From Eledone cirrhosa (Eukaryota): 64,000 nucleotides of DNA. The DNA is taken from the NCBI GenBank assembly GCA_964016885.1, contig OZ024750.1:28334001-28398000 (forward strand). Reading direction: 5' to 3'. Positions 37,825 to 53,287 of this stretch are shown one piece after another (position 1 is the first letter of the stretch; each line of letters starts with the position of its first letter). Position numbers and translations under genes: made by a program. A model generated the notes under the pieces. The model was not told the origin of the DNA, searched no databases, and was given only the letters and a program-made list of their open reading frames with translations.

Positions 37825-39114
37825 AAGAATGAGAAATTAGAAAGGTTGAAGGGACGGGCGGGGTGGAATTGGAAAAAATGTCCATTCATGTTGCCATATC
37901 TTGGAAAACAGTTGAGACAGTAAACAAAAAACAAAAAAAAAGCGTGGAAAAGAAGAGGCAGTATAAGTGTTAATATTGGTTTCATATATATATATTCTGT
38001 CATTACTACAAAGATATCCACACAGAGAGAGAATGAATATACGTATTTGTAAGTAAGAGACATGCTGTGATCATCGGTAAAACATTAAACTATCTGAAGT
38101 TAGATGAATCTGTATCACGAATACGCGCGGTTTAGTTGTTGGGCGTGCTGAGCACAAGATCGGGAGTTAGGGTCCAAGGTAGGGCGTAGTATTTTTGCGT
38201 AAGACCGTTTATATTACGTTCTCCAGTCCACGCAGATGTAAAAAAATTGAGTTGCGACATTTGTGCCAGGCTGTATCAACTTGTAGCTTTTCCCTTCATC
38301 AAAACCAGTGACCTGAAGAAGGAAGAGGAAGGACGTACGGATGACCTCGGGTTTTCTACAAAGAAACCTTCTCAGGCTTGTGCCTCGGAAAAGCAAACTC
38401 ATTGTCAGATAGTCTTTGAAGCAGAATTTTTCCTTTCTATAAAAGCAAACACTTTATAAATGACAAGCATTTCTTTAGATTTCATATCAGTCAAAATGTT
38501 GTTGCTTTGCCTCAACTTGTCACAACTAAGCAACTTATGTAACCTATTATCACAACAATATATTTGAATACAATATTTAATCCATGTTCATATGTTTACA
38601 TAATGAAGTATCTGCCTTGAGCGTCTGTGCATGTATGTGGATCTCTGTGTGTGTGTATTTGAAAGTATAACCTTATCAGAATTGTTTCATATAGATAATT
38701 TTGTAAATTTCATTATATACAGGTAAATATCCAAGTAACCATCGCATTTACTTTGAGCAGGGTACAGGTGAAATGTGATAAGTAAAGATGATACCCGTAA
38801 ACAAAGGTCAAGTGTTATAGAACATTGATTTACCTTCCACTGTATTTCTTTTTTTTTCGTGTGTTCTTTTGTTTTTTATTGGGGCTCGGGGGTGGGGGCT
38901 TGAAACTGACAATGGAGTAGCATACTTAGCATAAAATATAAGACCTACACACTTAGAAAAGGCCAAAGTCAACTGAATATCTTACGAATCAAGTGTGATT
39001 TGATTCTAGAAGAATGTAATGACATTTTACTTTCTGATAAGTACATAACAATACTTATATTCGTCTCTCTGTGTCTTCTGTCTTACCTTATTTTTCACCG
39101 TTCCCTTATTAATT

Positions 39115-39850
39115 AATTGTTTCTACTTTAGGCACAAGGCCAGCAATTATTCAGTGTATTACTGGTACTTTATTTTATCGACCCCGTAAGGATGAAAGGC
39201 AAAGTTAACCTCGGCGGGGTTTGAACTCAGAATGGCAAGGGCCGTAACTCTATGCGCCAAATTAATTAATTGTACATATTTATTGACACTATTCAGGTCA
39301 GTCTTCTGCTTGCTACTGGTACCATATAACCCTGTACAATCTGCTTCATGGTTGAGTGGTCAGCGACTAAACTGACTCCCCTACCAGACCCTGATCTGGG
39401 GAGGGGAGTGGAACCCCAGCAGCATTTAAAACTGTTGACGAAGATAAAGGTGATTATCTCTTATTAACAAAGTTAACCTCGACGGTATTACGGTCTGAGT
39501 TCAAATCCCGTCGAGGTTAACTTTGCCTTTCATCCTTACGGGGTCGATAAAATAAAGTACCAGTAATGTACTGGGTAATTGCTGGCCTTGTGCCAAAAGT
39601 AGAAACAATTATCTAAGTATGTGATAAAATTACTGGTACTTTATTTTATAGAGCCCGTAATGATGAAAGGCAAAGTTAACCTCGGCAAGATTTGAACTCA
39701 GATCAGTTACAGCCCTTTATGATCTGAGTTCAAATCCCGTCGAGGTTAACCTTGCCTTTCATCCTTACGGGGTCGATAAAATAAAGTACCAGTAATACAC
39801 TGTGGTAATTGCTTGCCTTGTGCCAAAAGTAGAAACAATTATCTAAGTAT
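39115..39850. mobile_element. Rearranged cluster of family-1 SINE pieces in both orientations
   Basis: Minus copy 39115-39258; plus copies at about 39490-39610 and 39715-39845 with inverted pieces at 39469-39485 and 39629-39705. ATTATCTAAGTATGTGATA is repeated after both plus copies. Confidence 0.8.
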
Positions 39851-40852
39851 GTGATATGTTCCTAAAACGAATGAGAACTTCGATTTTAAACTGATATTTG
39901 ATTACTTGTAAAGGTACATTAGTATATTAATGGAGTCACGATCAGAAGGTGCTAGGTTCAATTCCTGAACGGGGCAACATGTTGTGTTCTTTAGTAAAAT
40001 ATTTCACTTCATGTTGACCCTGTGTTTATGTCCCGCAACCTAGCCGGCTCCTTTTTTTTTTTTTTGTTATTAAACGTGACGGTGCTTGAATTTGCTCCAG
40101 TTTGGCCATCATTCCACATTCTATTGCAGTACATTCAGGATTTATCGTTGTATACGATGCTTAATATCTAGTCCGCACAAAACCTGCTTTTAAGGTGCAT
40201 CTAGCTGAACACTTTATATTGAATACTTCAGTTTTGTCAGCGTGTTATTGTATTAATAACCGATAGCTATTGACAGAAACGGGGAACAAAGATCAATATT
40301 CATTTTATCAGTAATACACTGGAATAATTGCTGGCCTTGTGCCAAAAGTAGAAACTAATATTCATTTTATCAATCGATGGCGGTGAACTGAGAAGAAATC
40401 AAGGACCGTCTGTTTAAATGATTATCAACATTTAGTATCCACATGAGAACACAACTAGTTCAATTTTTGCCTTCACCATCTGGTGTCCATAAAGTAAATA
40501 CCAGCAATATATTGGGGTGGAATCGATCGATTAACCATTCCCCACCAAAACGCTGAATTGTTCTAATATTAAAATTTTCCAAATATATATTTTCTTTTTA
40601 ATGACAATATATCATATTCTCAACGAGACGAAAAATGGATCAGTGTAACATTCAGAATTAGACATCTATCGTTAATTTATTTAATATTTAAAATTACTTT
40701 TTCATATTGCTTTCAATTAATTAGAAATTAATTAATAACTAATACTATTTATTAACTTACTGGTTAAAAAATAAAATTAAAGTTTATAAATAGAAAACAC
40801 AGATGATCTTGTAATTCAGTTCATATCATTGTAAATATAAAAAGTAGAAAAT

Positions 40853-41090
40853 TCTTCTTCTACTTATTCCTGAGAGGGTTGTTGAGTCAGAGTCCTCAAA
40901 CACCCCTTCCAGCAGGTCCTGTTAGAAGCAACTCTCTCCAGCTGATCCGGCTGGTTTCCCAAGTGAGACCAGCCGAGTTCATATATATTATCCAACCATC
41001 ATGCTCAGGGTCGACCCCTGCGTCTCCTGCCGGTTGGTTTTAACCGTAAAATCTGTCCAGTAATTATTTCCTGAGACATTCTAATCACAT
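40853..41090 (-). mobile_element. RTE-clade 3' fragment with (GAA)n tail
   Basis: Homologous to 54790-55058, 55490-55820 and 57930-58262. Confidence 0.65.
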
Positions 41091-41738
41091 ACTTAGAGAT
41101 AGAGAAGGAATGGGGCGGTTACTCAGCAGTGATTCATTTATCAAATGTTAACTTTGAAAATATTATTTTGTCTTAACTTGAAGTATAAGAACGGGTTGCG
41201 ATGTTTATTCATGTGCCGACTTTGACACAGCTCAATGTCTAGAAAAAAAATATATCATACCCTCAGGTGATTCAGTACACATAACACCCCCTCCCCTACA
41301 GAATTCGTGTCTGGTAATTGGTGTCAATCTCTTTTGAAAGAAAGTTGTTGACATTTTGACAACAAGTAAGATTTTACTTGTTTCATAAACATCCTTCCCC
41401 ACCTCACTCTATTTCTTTAGTTTTACTTATGTAAACTATAATGTATTATTAATCTCGAAACAATGGTGTGAAACCGCTTCTACCTGTCATGTTTATATGT
41501 GTGTGTATTTATACCCTTGTATGTGTGTATGTGTGTGTGTGTATTCATACACTTATGTGTGTGTGTTCAAACATATGTGTGTGTGTTTTTATACACTTAT
41601 ATGTGTGTGTGTATTTATATATTTAGATGAATGATTGTCTTCTTGTTAGACAGTTAAGAAGTTTTGAGAAAACGTTAGCATTAAATTTATGTCTTCACAC
41701 ATTTTCTACCAAGCTCTCTCTCTTTCTAGTTACACACG

Positions 41739-41825
<87 letters not shown>

Positions 41826-42207
41826 TCAAACATGCACCAAACATTAAACACACACGCAAATGCATGCCCAAACAGAGACAGAGGCAAGAAAAAAAAAAAA
41901 ATAAATGAATAAAATAAAAACGGCGTAGGCATTACAATACAATGGGAGGAAACATAATAGTACCACTGATGATGTCACAGATGTGTGACGGAAGAACTTT
42001 GATAGACTATATATTTATATATATTTATATATATTTATATCTGTATTTTTAACCGTTGGTCAATCAATGATAAACATTGACTGCCAGATAAATTAAATAT
42101 GGAGATATAAAAGATACAGAAGCGAAAAGCAACCCAGACCAAACAGTGAGTGTGTGTTTTGTTATTATTTCTGGCAATATTATAACAATATGACCCTCCC
42201 CAAGTAT

Positions 42208-42253
<46 letters not shown>

Positions 42254-42396
42254 ATTGGCAATTGAGGTCATTCACGTGGAAAGCGAAGAAACAATCGAAA
42301 AACGCTTGAAAACGATTTAGAAAAAATTTTAATACAAATCAAAACTTTATCCCAAAGAGAGGAAGTTGGAATGTTATCCACTGAAGGTTTCTTAAA

Positions 42397-42433
42397 CTCT
42401 GATGAAGGGACTTTTAGGTCCCGAAATATTGGA
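42397..42433 (+). ncRNA. Minimal hammerhead-like motif
   Basis: CTGATGA-A-GGGAC ttttag GTCCC-GAAA-TATT with palindromic AATATT; stem I is weak. Confidence 0.6.
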
Positions 42434-42784
42434 CAGGTAAAAGAACAACAACAACAACAACAAAACAAAGATTACCAGGTAACTTTTACTTTTCGTTACC
42501 TCATCTTACAGACCACTTTGCATTCTTTGGCCTTCTATCTTTTCAAACGTTAACTTTGCCTTTCATCCTTACGGGATCGATAAAATAAAGTACCAGTAAT
42601 TTACTGGGTTATTGCTGGCCTTGTGCCAAAAGTAGAAACAGTTATATATATATATATGAATGTATGTATAGTATATTTGGCAATATACCGTATTTTTAAT
42701 TAAAAAGATTTAGAAGACCATATGCTATCAGTTTTAAAGTAGTGACTATGTCACTCACTTCTTTTCGGCGAAAGAAGGGAGAGA

Positions 42785-42826
42785 AGCTGATAGTCTGTTT
42801 CACGCTGGTTGGCGTTCATCAGAGCC
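42785..42826 (-). ncRNA. Minimal hammerhead-like motif (homolog of the 9722-10094 element)
   Basis: GGCT-CTGATGA-ACGC caacca GCGT-GAAA-CAGACT-ATC-AGCT, followed by GACATAGTCACTACTTTAAAA shared with about 9795-9812. Confidence 0.7.
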
Positions 42827-42828
42827 AC

Positions 42829-42882
<54 letters not shown>

Positions 42883-43031
42883 AATTAGTATATTTACTAA
42901 CATATATATACAGATGCATACCTATGCCAGCAAATATATAGGTTTTGTCTTAGTAACTTTGTGGTTCAATGCATGGGGATGCAGAACAATAATATGAGAG
43001 ACGTAAAATAAGAAAATTATAAAAATTAACT

Positions 43032-43069
<38 letters not shown>

Positions 43070-43252
43070 TATAACTTTAATAATAATAACAGTGTTGCTA
43101 TTATTGGGTATATACTTAATAACTCTATATTCTTAAGAAAATTCTAAGATTTCTGATCTTATAGTCTCATAACCACGGGATAAATCTCTATCGATCCGTT
43201 GAAAGATGTGTTAGTTTGACAACATATCGACTCTTAGGTGTTCATTATTCTT

Positions 43253-43440
43253 GGTGGATTGGCAGTATCAGTAGAGGGTCGGACGCCATGCTTTGCAGCA
43301 TATAGTTACGTCCCTTTACGTTCTGAGTTCAAATCATGCCGAGGTTAACTAAGCCTTTCATCCTTACGGGGTCGATAAAATAAAGTACCAGTAATGCACT
43401 GGGATAATTGGTGGTCTTTTGCCAAAAATAGAAACAATTA
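43253..43440 (+). mobile_element. Family-1 SINE
   Basis: Sequence match. Confidence 0.88.
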
Positions 43441-43468
43441 TTCTTTATATATATATATTTACCCGTCC

Positions 43469-43529
<61 letters not shown>

Positions 43530-44227
43530 ATACTTTGGGAGGGTCATGTTGCCAATAAAAAACACACGCACCAGTTGCTTTCACTCCAATTTATTATAAA
43601 TTAAATTTATAAATTTAAGAAATTTGTAAATTTCCGGTTGGTTGATTGGTTGGTTCCACAACCGGATGGTTGTTCATATATTGTCAAAGTTCTTTCGTCA
43701 CACATTCTGTGACCTATTCAGTGACTCGGGATTCTTTTCTTTATTTTGTGCCTCTCCTTTATTCTGTCCTACGCCATTTTGTTTATATATATATATATAA
43801 ACTCTCTGTGTTTATTGTTGTTGTGGTATATGTATAGCCTCTGCCTTCGGTTGTGTTTCCTGGTGTCACACTTTTTAACTTTTGTGTTTACTCTGGACAA
43901 TAAGGTATTAACTTCTCGCTTGAGTACTTTATGGTTGCCTCAAACAACTCGAATAGTATCAGCTATATGGCAGCTACAACTTCAATTTATACCCAACTTC
44001 ACGATTGTAATCCCACTAAGACATGTGCTTTCATGTAATACATTAACATGTATCTTACTTCAGCTTTGTAGAGGATCGATAATTGATGAGGTCTAAAGTA
44101 TTATCTGGCCTTGGAGAGGAAGCATGGTTTTAAAGATGCGATCTTTTGCAATATTGTATATGACAGATCGGCATAAGACATGATCCGAGATGGTGTGGTC
44201 GATTAAGCAAGGTAATGTTGATGAAGA

Positions 44228-44427
44228 ATAATTGTTTCTTATATAGGCACAATGCCAGCAATTTGGGGGGAGGGGGGGGGGAGAGTCGAGGAAATAGACC
44301 CCAGTGCGGTACTTTATTTTATCGACCTCGTAAGGATGAAAGGCAAAGTTAACCTCGCCGGGATTTGAACTCAGATCATAAAGGGACGTAGCTCTGTGAT
44401 CTAACGATACTGCCAATCCACCGCCCT
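44228..44427 (-). mobile_element. Family-1 SINE (long variant) with TSD
   Basis: TTGATGAAGAATAAT on both flanks. Confidence 0.88.
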
Positions 44428-44785
44428 TTGATGAAGAATAATGAAGAGGTGACAGTGCTAGATTTATGATATAATATGTGCATCACGTGTATGTTTAAGT
44501 TACAAGATTGTCTTGTTATCATTGGTATATGTTTTTGAGGTCACAGTCCACGAAATAACGTGTGTAGTTTGTGAAGTTTCTAGCTTGCGTGTGTACGACG
44601 TTTGTGTTTGAAGGTTATGGCTGAGTGAAACCTGTTATCTGTGTAAGAATGTTTGTTCTTAAATTTGACAGCAGAAAATGTTATTAATGTATTAGAAAAA
44701 AGAAAACAGTGAGGCAACCGAGCACATCTTAGTTACCTCCTCTATAATATATCAAATCACACGCACGCACACACACACATACACA

Positions 44786-44824
<39 letters not shown>

Positions 44825-45118
44825 CCGCCGCCGTCGTCGACATCGTCGTCATCGTCATCATCATCATCATCATTAGATGGTTTTGTTCCATTTGATGCGG
44901 AAATGGTCGGGAGACCGTGTCTCGCTCGCACAGAAGTGTCTCCGGCACGTTTTTTTTTTACAGCTGAATGCCCTTCCTAACACCAACCACATTTACGGTG
45001 TAGACTGGGAGCCTTTTTACCGTGTCTCCTACACAACCACCTTACAGTGTGGACTGTTGTGTTTTATATATATATATATATAAAACTCTTTTGATGTTGT
45101 AGACGCTCTTGTGTTCTT

Positions 45119-45168
<50 letters not shown>

Positions 45169-45445
45169 CTCGAGAATGTGTTGGTTAATCACCGACACTT
45201 CAGTATGCAGTGTAAAGCACTCGACGAAGTGCGCGGGGGGATCTGTTTACTCTGGAGTATATTTATAAATAAGAAGTGTAAGTCAACAGGTTAAAATTAA
45301 CTTCGTTTATTCACATGTATATATATTTATGTAATTCTCCCAAATGGGTGTTTGACTACACGCGTGCTTTTTATCTAAAAAAAAAATCCGTTCTTTCCTC
45401 TTCTCAATCTCTTTCTATATCATCTTTTATTTCTCATTCTATTTC

Positions 45446-45478
45446 CTGATGAAGGCCCAGAGTCCGAAACGTTAAGAA
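45446..45478 (+). ncRNA. Degenerate minimal hammerhead (family G)
   Basis: CTGATGA-A-GGCC caga GTCC-GAAACGTTAAGA, with one stem II mismatch. Confidence 0.55.
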
Positions 45479-45599
45479 TCATTTCCTACTACATCAAGCA
45501 TTAAATATATTTTTTATTGCACTGTCTCGTTTGCTTTTTTTTATTTCTGTTTACTTTTTGTATACATATGTATGTATATATATATGTATGCATAGACAT

Positions 45600-45677
<78 letters not shown>

Positions 45678-46091
45678 GTGTAGAGAGAGAGAGATGAGAG
45701 AGGGGAGAGAGAGGGAGAGAGAGGGGGAGAGAGAGAGGGGGAGAGAGAGAGTGAATAAGTGATAGCAAACGTCAGATAGTTGTGATTGGATGGATCAGGT
45801 GTGTATAACAGCCCTGATTGGCTTACAAGGGAGAGATAAATGTGATGTTACTTTGAGGCGTTTTACGATTTAGTTACGTCTGAGAGTAACTGATAGTTAA
45901 AAGTACACGTGTCTGTGAAATGTTCAGCTAGTTGCATGTTAATGTTAGTGGCAGGTGGTTCCGTTGATCCAATAAAAACTGGATCAATCATCGCCGAACC
46001 GACGAAGATCCATTCCATTCCACCTACATAGACTTCACACAATCTCAACAATCAAACGACTTTAGAAAAAAATACCATTTCAAACGTAATT

Positions 46092-46880
46092 ATCATCATC
46101 ATCATCATCATCATTATTTTACGTCCACGTAGGGCGGTAGATTGGCAGTATCGGTAGAGGGTCGGACGCCATGCTTTCCAGCATAGTTACGTCCCTTTAC
46201 GATCTGAGTTCAAATCCCGCCGAGGTTGACTTTGCCTTTCATCCTTACAGGGTCGATAAAATAAAGTACCAGTAATGCACTGGGTCATTTGCTGGCCTTG
46301 TGCCTAACGTAGAAACAATTATTTTACGTCCACTTTTCCCTGCTTGCTAGTGTGGGACAGGTCCTATTTAGCACAGCATCTCTGCATTCGTCACGGTTTT
46401 CGTCTTCTCCTTCGTGAGTTTCAGCGATCTGAGGTCAGCTCTCACCACCTCCGCTCATGATTCTCATGGTCCTCCTTCTACTGCCATTTCTTGGCACTTC
46501 TTTACCCAGTGTTAATCATCCATGCTTATCACATGTCCACACCAACGCAGTCTTCTCCTCCGCACGCTACAGCTTATCCCTTTTGTACACTGTTTTTCTC
46601 ACAACTCGTCTATGCTTGGCCGTTCACACACATTGACATTGCACATCCATCGGAGCATGCTTGCTTCATTTCACTCAGGCCCTCGCATATCTTCCACAGT
46701 TGCTGCCCATGTCTCACTACCATGCAGCATCGCACATCTCACACAGGCATCATATAACCGGTATTTCGTTCGTAGGGTGAAACCCTTCTTTGTCAACAGA
46801 GGAGGCAGCTCCCTAAACTTCTGCCAACCCGTCCTTATTCTAGATACTATGGCCTCGGAGCATCCTCCTCCCTTGCTTAC
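46092..46880 (-). mobile_element. RTE-clade LINE 3' fragment with (GAT)n tail and nested SINE (46131-46317, 16-bp TSD)
   Basis: SRIRTGWQKFREL...LYDACVRCAMLHGSETW; TSD ATTATTTTACGTCCAC at 46113 and 46318. Confidence 0.85.
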
Positions 46881-47114
46881 GTATATCATTATTCTCTATA
46901 AACTTACACTCATGAGGTTGTCTCTCAGGACTGATCACATACTTTCGGGTCTCGCTTATTAATTCTTCAGATTGTTTCCACCCCAACCCCTCTCTTATTC
47001 CATCCCCACCCTCACCACTTAATAAATTATGATAATCTATCTGCGGCGAAATTTTATTTTAAGTGGTAGCATTCCTGCGACAATTAATTTTCTTTAGAAA
47101 TTAAAAACCATTAT

Positions 47115-47250
47115 ACATGACAAAAAGAAATCTTATGACCTCATAAGAAATCTCATACATGACAAAAAGAAATCTTATGACCTCATAAGAAATCTCATAC
47201 ATGACAAAAAGAAATCTTATGACATCATAAGAAATCTCATACATTACAAA
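47115..47250. repeat. 42-bp tandem repeat x 3 with internal hairpin
   Basis: CATACATGACAAAAAGAAATCTTATGACCTCATAAGAAATCT. Confidence 0.9.
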
Positions 47251-48279
47251 AATAAATAGGGTGGGTTTGGGGGGGGGGTCTTAAGTAAACTAAACGACTA
47301 ATTCTGTTTTTTTTTAAATCAATGGAGACAACGTAGAAAAATTATTGATTACCTCACCCACCCCTTATTCTTTGAGACCCTAGAGTAGCCAAAATGCATA
47401 TTTTCAATAAAAAAAAGACAAAATATTCCCTAATATTTTATTTAATTGCAATATTAATAAATAACATCTTCAATGTGATTTCCAATATTTGTGATGCAAA
47501 TGTCGATGTGCTTCGCGAGATTCACGTGAACCCGATGTATTTTCTTTACATTTCCGTCCTGAGTTTAGGGACACCCTGTACAGTTCTCAAAATAGATGGA
47601 ATTTCCAGGAGTACTACTTGTCTATATAACAAGTTTCTAATTAACGCACAAAGCCAGTTGTTTATTGGGAGAAGAATTCTGTTTTATTGACCCTAATATA
47701 TTACTGATACTTTATTTCACTGACCCCGCCCCCCCCCCCCCCCCCCCCAGGAAGACTAGTCTCTATAATAAATCTATAATAAACAACCGGCAACGCCACA
47801 AATCAAGTACTTGTTAAAAGAAATGATTTTAAAAAACCGTTGCATTTTACATCTTTCAAATTTTCAAATTGTTTTAAACTTCTCAATCTTTCTTCTTTTC
47901 AATCCATCTCTCAAACCGTCCGTCTTTCATTCAATTTCACGCAACAAACAACTGTCAAATGTTTAATACTAGCATCACTTCGTCTTGTAAACGTATATAA
48001 CTATTTACAAGCTTTCAAATAGACTGACATGTGTCAAAAAATAATAAAACAGGCAGCATTATTTTGCTTAGTATTTTTCTTAAGTAACGCCGCCATTCGA
48101 AAATTCTAAACAATCCACTGCTGACATTTTTTCTTTTGTCAACATGTAGTTTTATTTTGATAACGTATTGCCAATCAAAAGCTTCATATGCTTAATTATT
48201 TTGATAGATTTGATGGGTGACACACGAGATGACACACAGAGTGGAAATTACATATTGTAGTAGTTGTTTTATGGATTTT

Positions 48280-48980
48280 TCTAGATCTATTGTATGTATG
48301 GGCTAGATCTATTGTATCTATGGGCCTGTAACTCCTAACAGAGTCGTAGGGAGCTCTGTATTGACATACGGCGCTTCTTGGACCTTTATAAACATGGTGG
48401 GGCCCATCATCTCTCCGGGCCTCCCGACGTATTGTATGTATGGGCTTGTAATTCCTGATGGAGTAGTAGGAAGCTATGTATTGACATACGGCGCTTCTTA
48501 TGCCTTTATAAACCCGGTGGGGCCCATCTCCTCTTCAAGCCTCTAGATAGATCAGGGGTGTGCAACATATTCCATTTTGAACATTGGAACACTATTAGGG
48601 CCAGTCACAGTCAAAAATATGTAATCTAATGAAACCCACAACCTCTTTCCATAACATGGAACAGGGAAATTATGACACACATGACCCTATCAGTGAAGCC
48701 CTTTAGTATAGGTCAACCAACTGAAAATTGTATTACGGTTATGAAAAAAATTCTAAATAAGCCTACAAGGTAAAAATTAAAAACAATCATCGCGGGCCAC
48801 TCTGACTGGTCTGGCGGCCGGATTGTGGCCCGCGGGCCGCCTGTTGCACGCTCCTACTCTAGATATATCGACGCGTAATCTTTGATATAGTGAGATGCGG
48901 CTCTTCTTAGGCATTTATAGACCTGGTGGGGCCTATATTCTCTCCAGGCCGCTAAATGAATTGTATGTATAGGCCCGTAA
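48280..48980. repeat. Degenerate 120-bp tandem repeat (about 3 units) interrupted by a hAT element
   Basis: TTGACATACGGCGCTTCTT at 48361 and 48481; third unit at about 48890-48980. Confidence 0.75.
48553..48856. mobile_element. hAT/Charlie-type non-autonomous element
   Basis: TIRs CAGGGGTGTGCAAC / GTTGCACGCTCCTA, subterminal GGCCCGCGGGCC, and CTCTAGAT at 48541 and 48857. Confidence 0.75.
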
Positions 48981-49786
48981 CTGTGTTTCCATTGGACTTT
49001 TCTTTTGCTGATACTATCAATCGGTTGCAAATCTTGTCAGAAGTGTTAATGCCTTTATAGTGACAGGAGGAGTGATTTGAACCTAGAACAGACAGAACTG
49101 AGACAGATACTCGCTCAGTTTGATCGACAAGATCCCAGACCTCATTCGCTAGCCGAGTGGGGTGGACCTCGTCAAATCAGACCAAGGAAACAATGTTTCC
49201 ATTTGTCTTTCCATTGCTGACACTATATACCGGTCACAACTCCTGACATAAGGAGCATCGGGAAGTAAAGTGTCTTGCTCAACGTATCAGCCGGTCCGAG
49301 AATTGAACTCGCAATCTCACGATTGCTTATCTAAGCACTAAGCCACTCACTCTCACTACTACATAGTATCAATCCCGTCTGACTCTTTAACGACTGCACC
49401 AATTCACCGACTTCGGATTGGTTCTTTATTTATCGACGCCGAGAAGGTGGACGGCAATGCTAGACTCTGTGGGATTTGAACTCGGAGTAAAGAAAAGCCG
49501 AAAAAATACCGGTGAATTAACCTGATGTTCTAATGAGTCTGCTAATTCGTCGCATGATATAAATGATTATTATGACAAAAAGAATAGCGTGCTAAAGAAA
49601 ATCTTAGAATAGATGGTATTTGTATGTTTTGTGGTGACAATTGCTATGACATATATGTCAGGTGGTTTCTTGACAAGATATGGAGTCAAAGTCTGTAGGA
49701 GTAAGAATATATAATTGATTGACTCAATCTCGGTGGTATTGCTGACGTTTGTTTTATCGATAGCGATGACATCATCATTATTATTA

Positions 49787-49985
49787 AGCCCGCCGAGGTT
49801 AACTTTGCCTTTCATCCTTACGGGGTCGATAAAATAAAGTACCAGTAATACACTGTTAATTGCTGGCCTTGTGCTAAAAGTAGAAACAATTATTATTAAG
49901 CACTTACGGGGTCGCGGGGTCGATAAAATAAAGTACCAGTAATGCACTGGGTAATTGCTGGCCTTGTGCCTAAAGTAGAAACAAT
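49787..49985 (+). mobile_element. Two truncated family-1 SINE 3' ends with repeated flank
   Basis: ATTATTATTAAGC(ACTTA) occurs before, between and after the two pieces. Confidence 0.8.
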
Positions 49986-50107
49986 TATTATTAAGCACTT
50001 AAAACCTAATGGAATTTTAGGACGCCAGCTTTAGAAACACATCAATTCTTAGTCGTTTGAATATTGTTTCATCACAGCCGACTTTTTCCAGGAGAGAGAG
50101 AACGAAA

Positions 50108-51086
<979 letters not shown>

Positions 51087-51089
<3 letters not shown>

Positions 51090-51740
51090 GATAGTTTAAA
51101 GACCAGGTATTCCCATAAAAACCCTAATTAGTAAAACATACCCATTTCAAAGATCCCCCTGTGCTGATAGGAAATGCATAGTTTGCAAGCTAAGCCCGCA
51201 AACTAACTGTAAATCTAGGAACGTAGTATATAGCATAAGATGTACTGAGAGACAATGTAGGAATAATAATTGTTTCTACTTTTGGCACAAGGCCAGCAAT
51301 TACCCAGTACATTACTGGTACTTTATTTTACCGACCCCCATAAGGATGAAAGGCAAAGTTAAACTCGGCGAGGTTTGAACTCAGAATGGAAAGGGCCGTA
51401 ACTCTATGCGTCAAAGCATGGAGTCTTGACCCTCTACCGATACTGCCAATCCACCGCCCTTTATTATTCCTACAGTGTAGGAATAATAATATTACATACA
51501 TAGGTGAAACAGCCGGTAGCATAGGAGAAAGGATAAGTGAATACTAGCGAGAACTCCAGGATGGGAAAAACTCATCAGTATTCCACCAACGTGCTAAAAT
51601 AGAACATAGGGGTACATTAGGGAACATAGAGATAAAAATTATATTCCACACACAGAAACGTTCAGGCAAATCACAGAGGCAACAAATATAAATGAACTCC
51701 AACCAAAATTAAACAGAAAACACGAGTGGAATAGCAACAT
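51087..51740 (+). pseudogene. PLE zinc-finger plus GIY-YIG endonuclease fragment split by a SINE (51271-51460, minus)
   Basis: PCADRKCIVCKLSPQTNCKSRNVVYSIRCTERQCRNNN|ITYIGETAGSIGERISEY*. TSD TGTAGGAATAATAAT at 51256 and 51476. Confidence 0.85.
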
Positions 51741-52279
51741 CCCAACTAGTAATTAAGGACAAAATGAAGACATACAGACACACACAAAAACCAAACTAAC
51801 AAAACAAATCAGACCCACAGATAGAACAAACAACCAACTAGTGACAAATAAATAAACACATATATAAATAAATAAGAACACACACATATACACACACCCG
51901 GATGTGGCGCATGCGCGCGCTGAGTACAGTTTGTTCTGTGGAACAGAGAACTGGAGCGCACATCGTTGGAAACGACGGAGCCAGTTCATACACAACTCCT
52001 TCAATATATCTTTCTTTCTTTCTTTCTATATCTCTATAACTATCCTTCTCCTTTTCCCACTCTCCCACTATCTTTCTTTCTATATCTCTATATCTATCCT
52101 TCTTCCTCTCCCATTCTTCCTTTCTCTATCTTTCTATCTACCTATCTATTCTATTTTCCCACTCACCTAGATGTATATACAAAGCCAACGCAGTTATAAA
52201 TTCTCTTCAACACAAACAAATACTCAGTCATAATGAGTCACAGGCATTACTTCACAGAAACGTCAGTATTATTATTATC

Positions 52280-52617
52280 TTGGCAAAGTTAACCTCGACG
52301 GGGTCTGAGTTCAAATCCCGCCGAGGTTAATTTGCCTTTCATCCTTACGGGGTCGATAAAATAAAGTACCAGTAATGTACTGTGTAATTTGCTGGCCTTG
52401 TGCGAAAAATAGAAACAATTATTAAAGGGCGGTGGATTGGCAGAATCGGTAGAGCGTCGGACACCATGAGATGCGACATAGAGTTATGGCCCTTTACGTT
52501 CTGAGTTCAAATCCCGCCGTGGTTAATTTGCCTTTCATCCTTACGGGGTCGATAAAATAAAGTACCAGTAATACACTGAGGTAATTGCTGGCCTTGTGCC
52601 AAAAAGTAGAAACAATT
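52280..52617 (+). mobile_element. Two tandem family-1 SINEs, the first with an inverted 5' piece
   Basis: GGCAAAGTTAACCTCGACGG precedes the truncated copy; full copy at 52427-52617. Confidence 0.85.
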
Positions 52618-52697
52618 ATTATTATCTATCGACTGAGTGCTATTGTCTCTTTCGTCGCACCCTGGTGCACGTATATATTAACAATGAGTGTACAACA

Positions 52698-52756
<59 letters not shown>

Positions 52757-53136
52757 CCTTCACATGTATGGACATGTTTTTGGTTCTGTGTCTTGTGTAA
52801 CTACAACACAACACTTGTCACTCAGTCGCTAGTGACAAAACTAAAGAGTCAAGTTGGTACCACCCACGTACGAAAAAGGTCAAAAAGGCGTGGCAATTCT
52901 CGAAACGGAGATCCAGTCATTACGTATGTATGTATATATGTATATATATATATATATGAATGCATGTATGTGTATGCGTATTTATATATCTATGTATATA
53001 CGTATGCAAGTATATATGCATGTGTATATGTATGTATATATGTATGTATACGTGTATGTGTATGCGTATCTATATATTTATGTATGCAAGTATATATGTA
53101 TGTGTATATGTATCTATGTATGTATGTATATATATA

Positions 53137-53169
<33 letters not shown>

Positions 53170-53179
<10 letters not shown>

Positions 53180-53250
53180 ATTGTATAGATTGTCTGTTGA
53201 ACAAATAGATAAAGAAATAGAAATATAGAGAGAAGAATAGTTATATATAT

Positions 53251-53287
<37 letters not shown>

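Noticed and set aside
45863-46051. Possible second GIY-YIG remnant (CEVYVG)
   Set aside because: Too degenerate to support.
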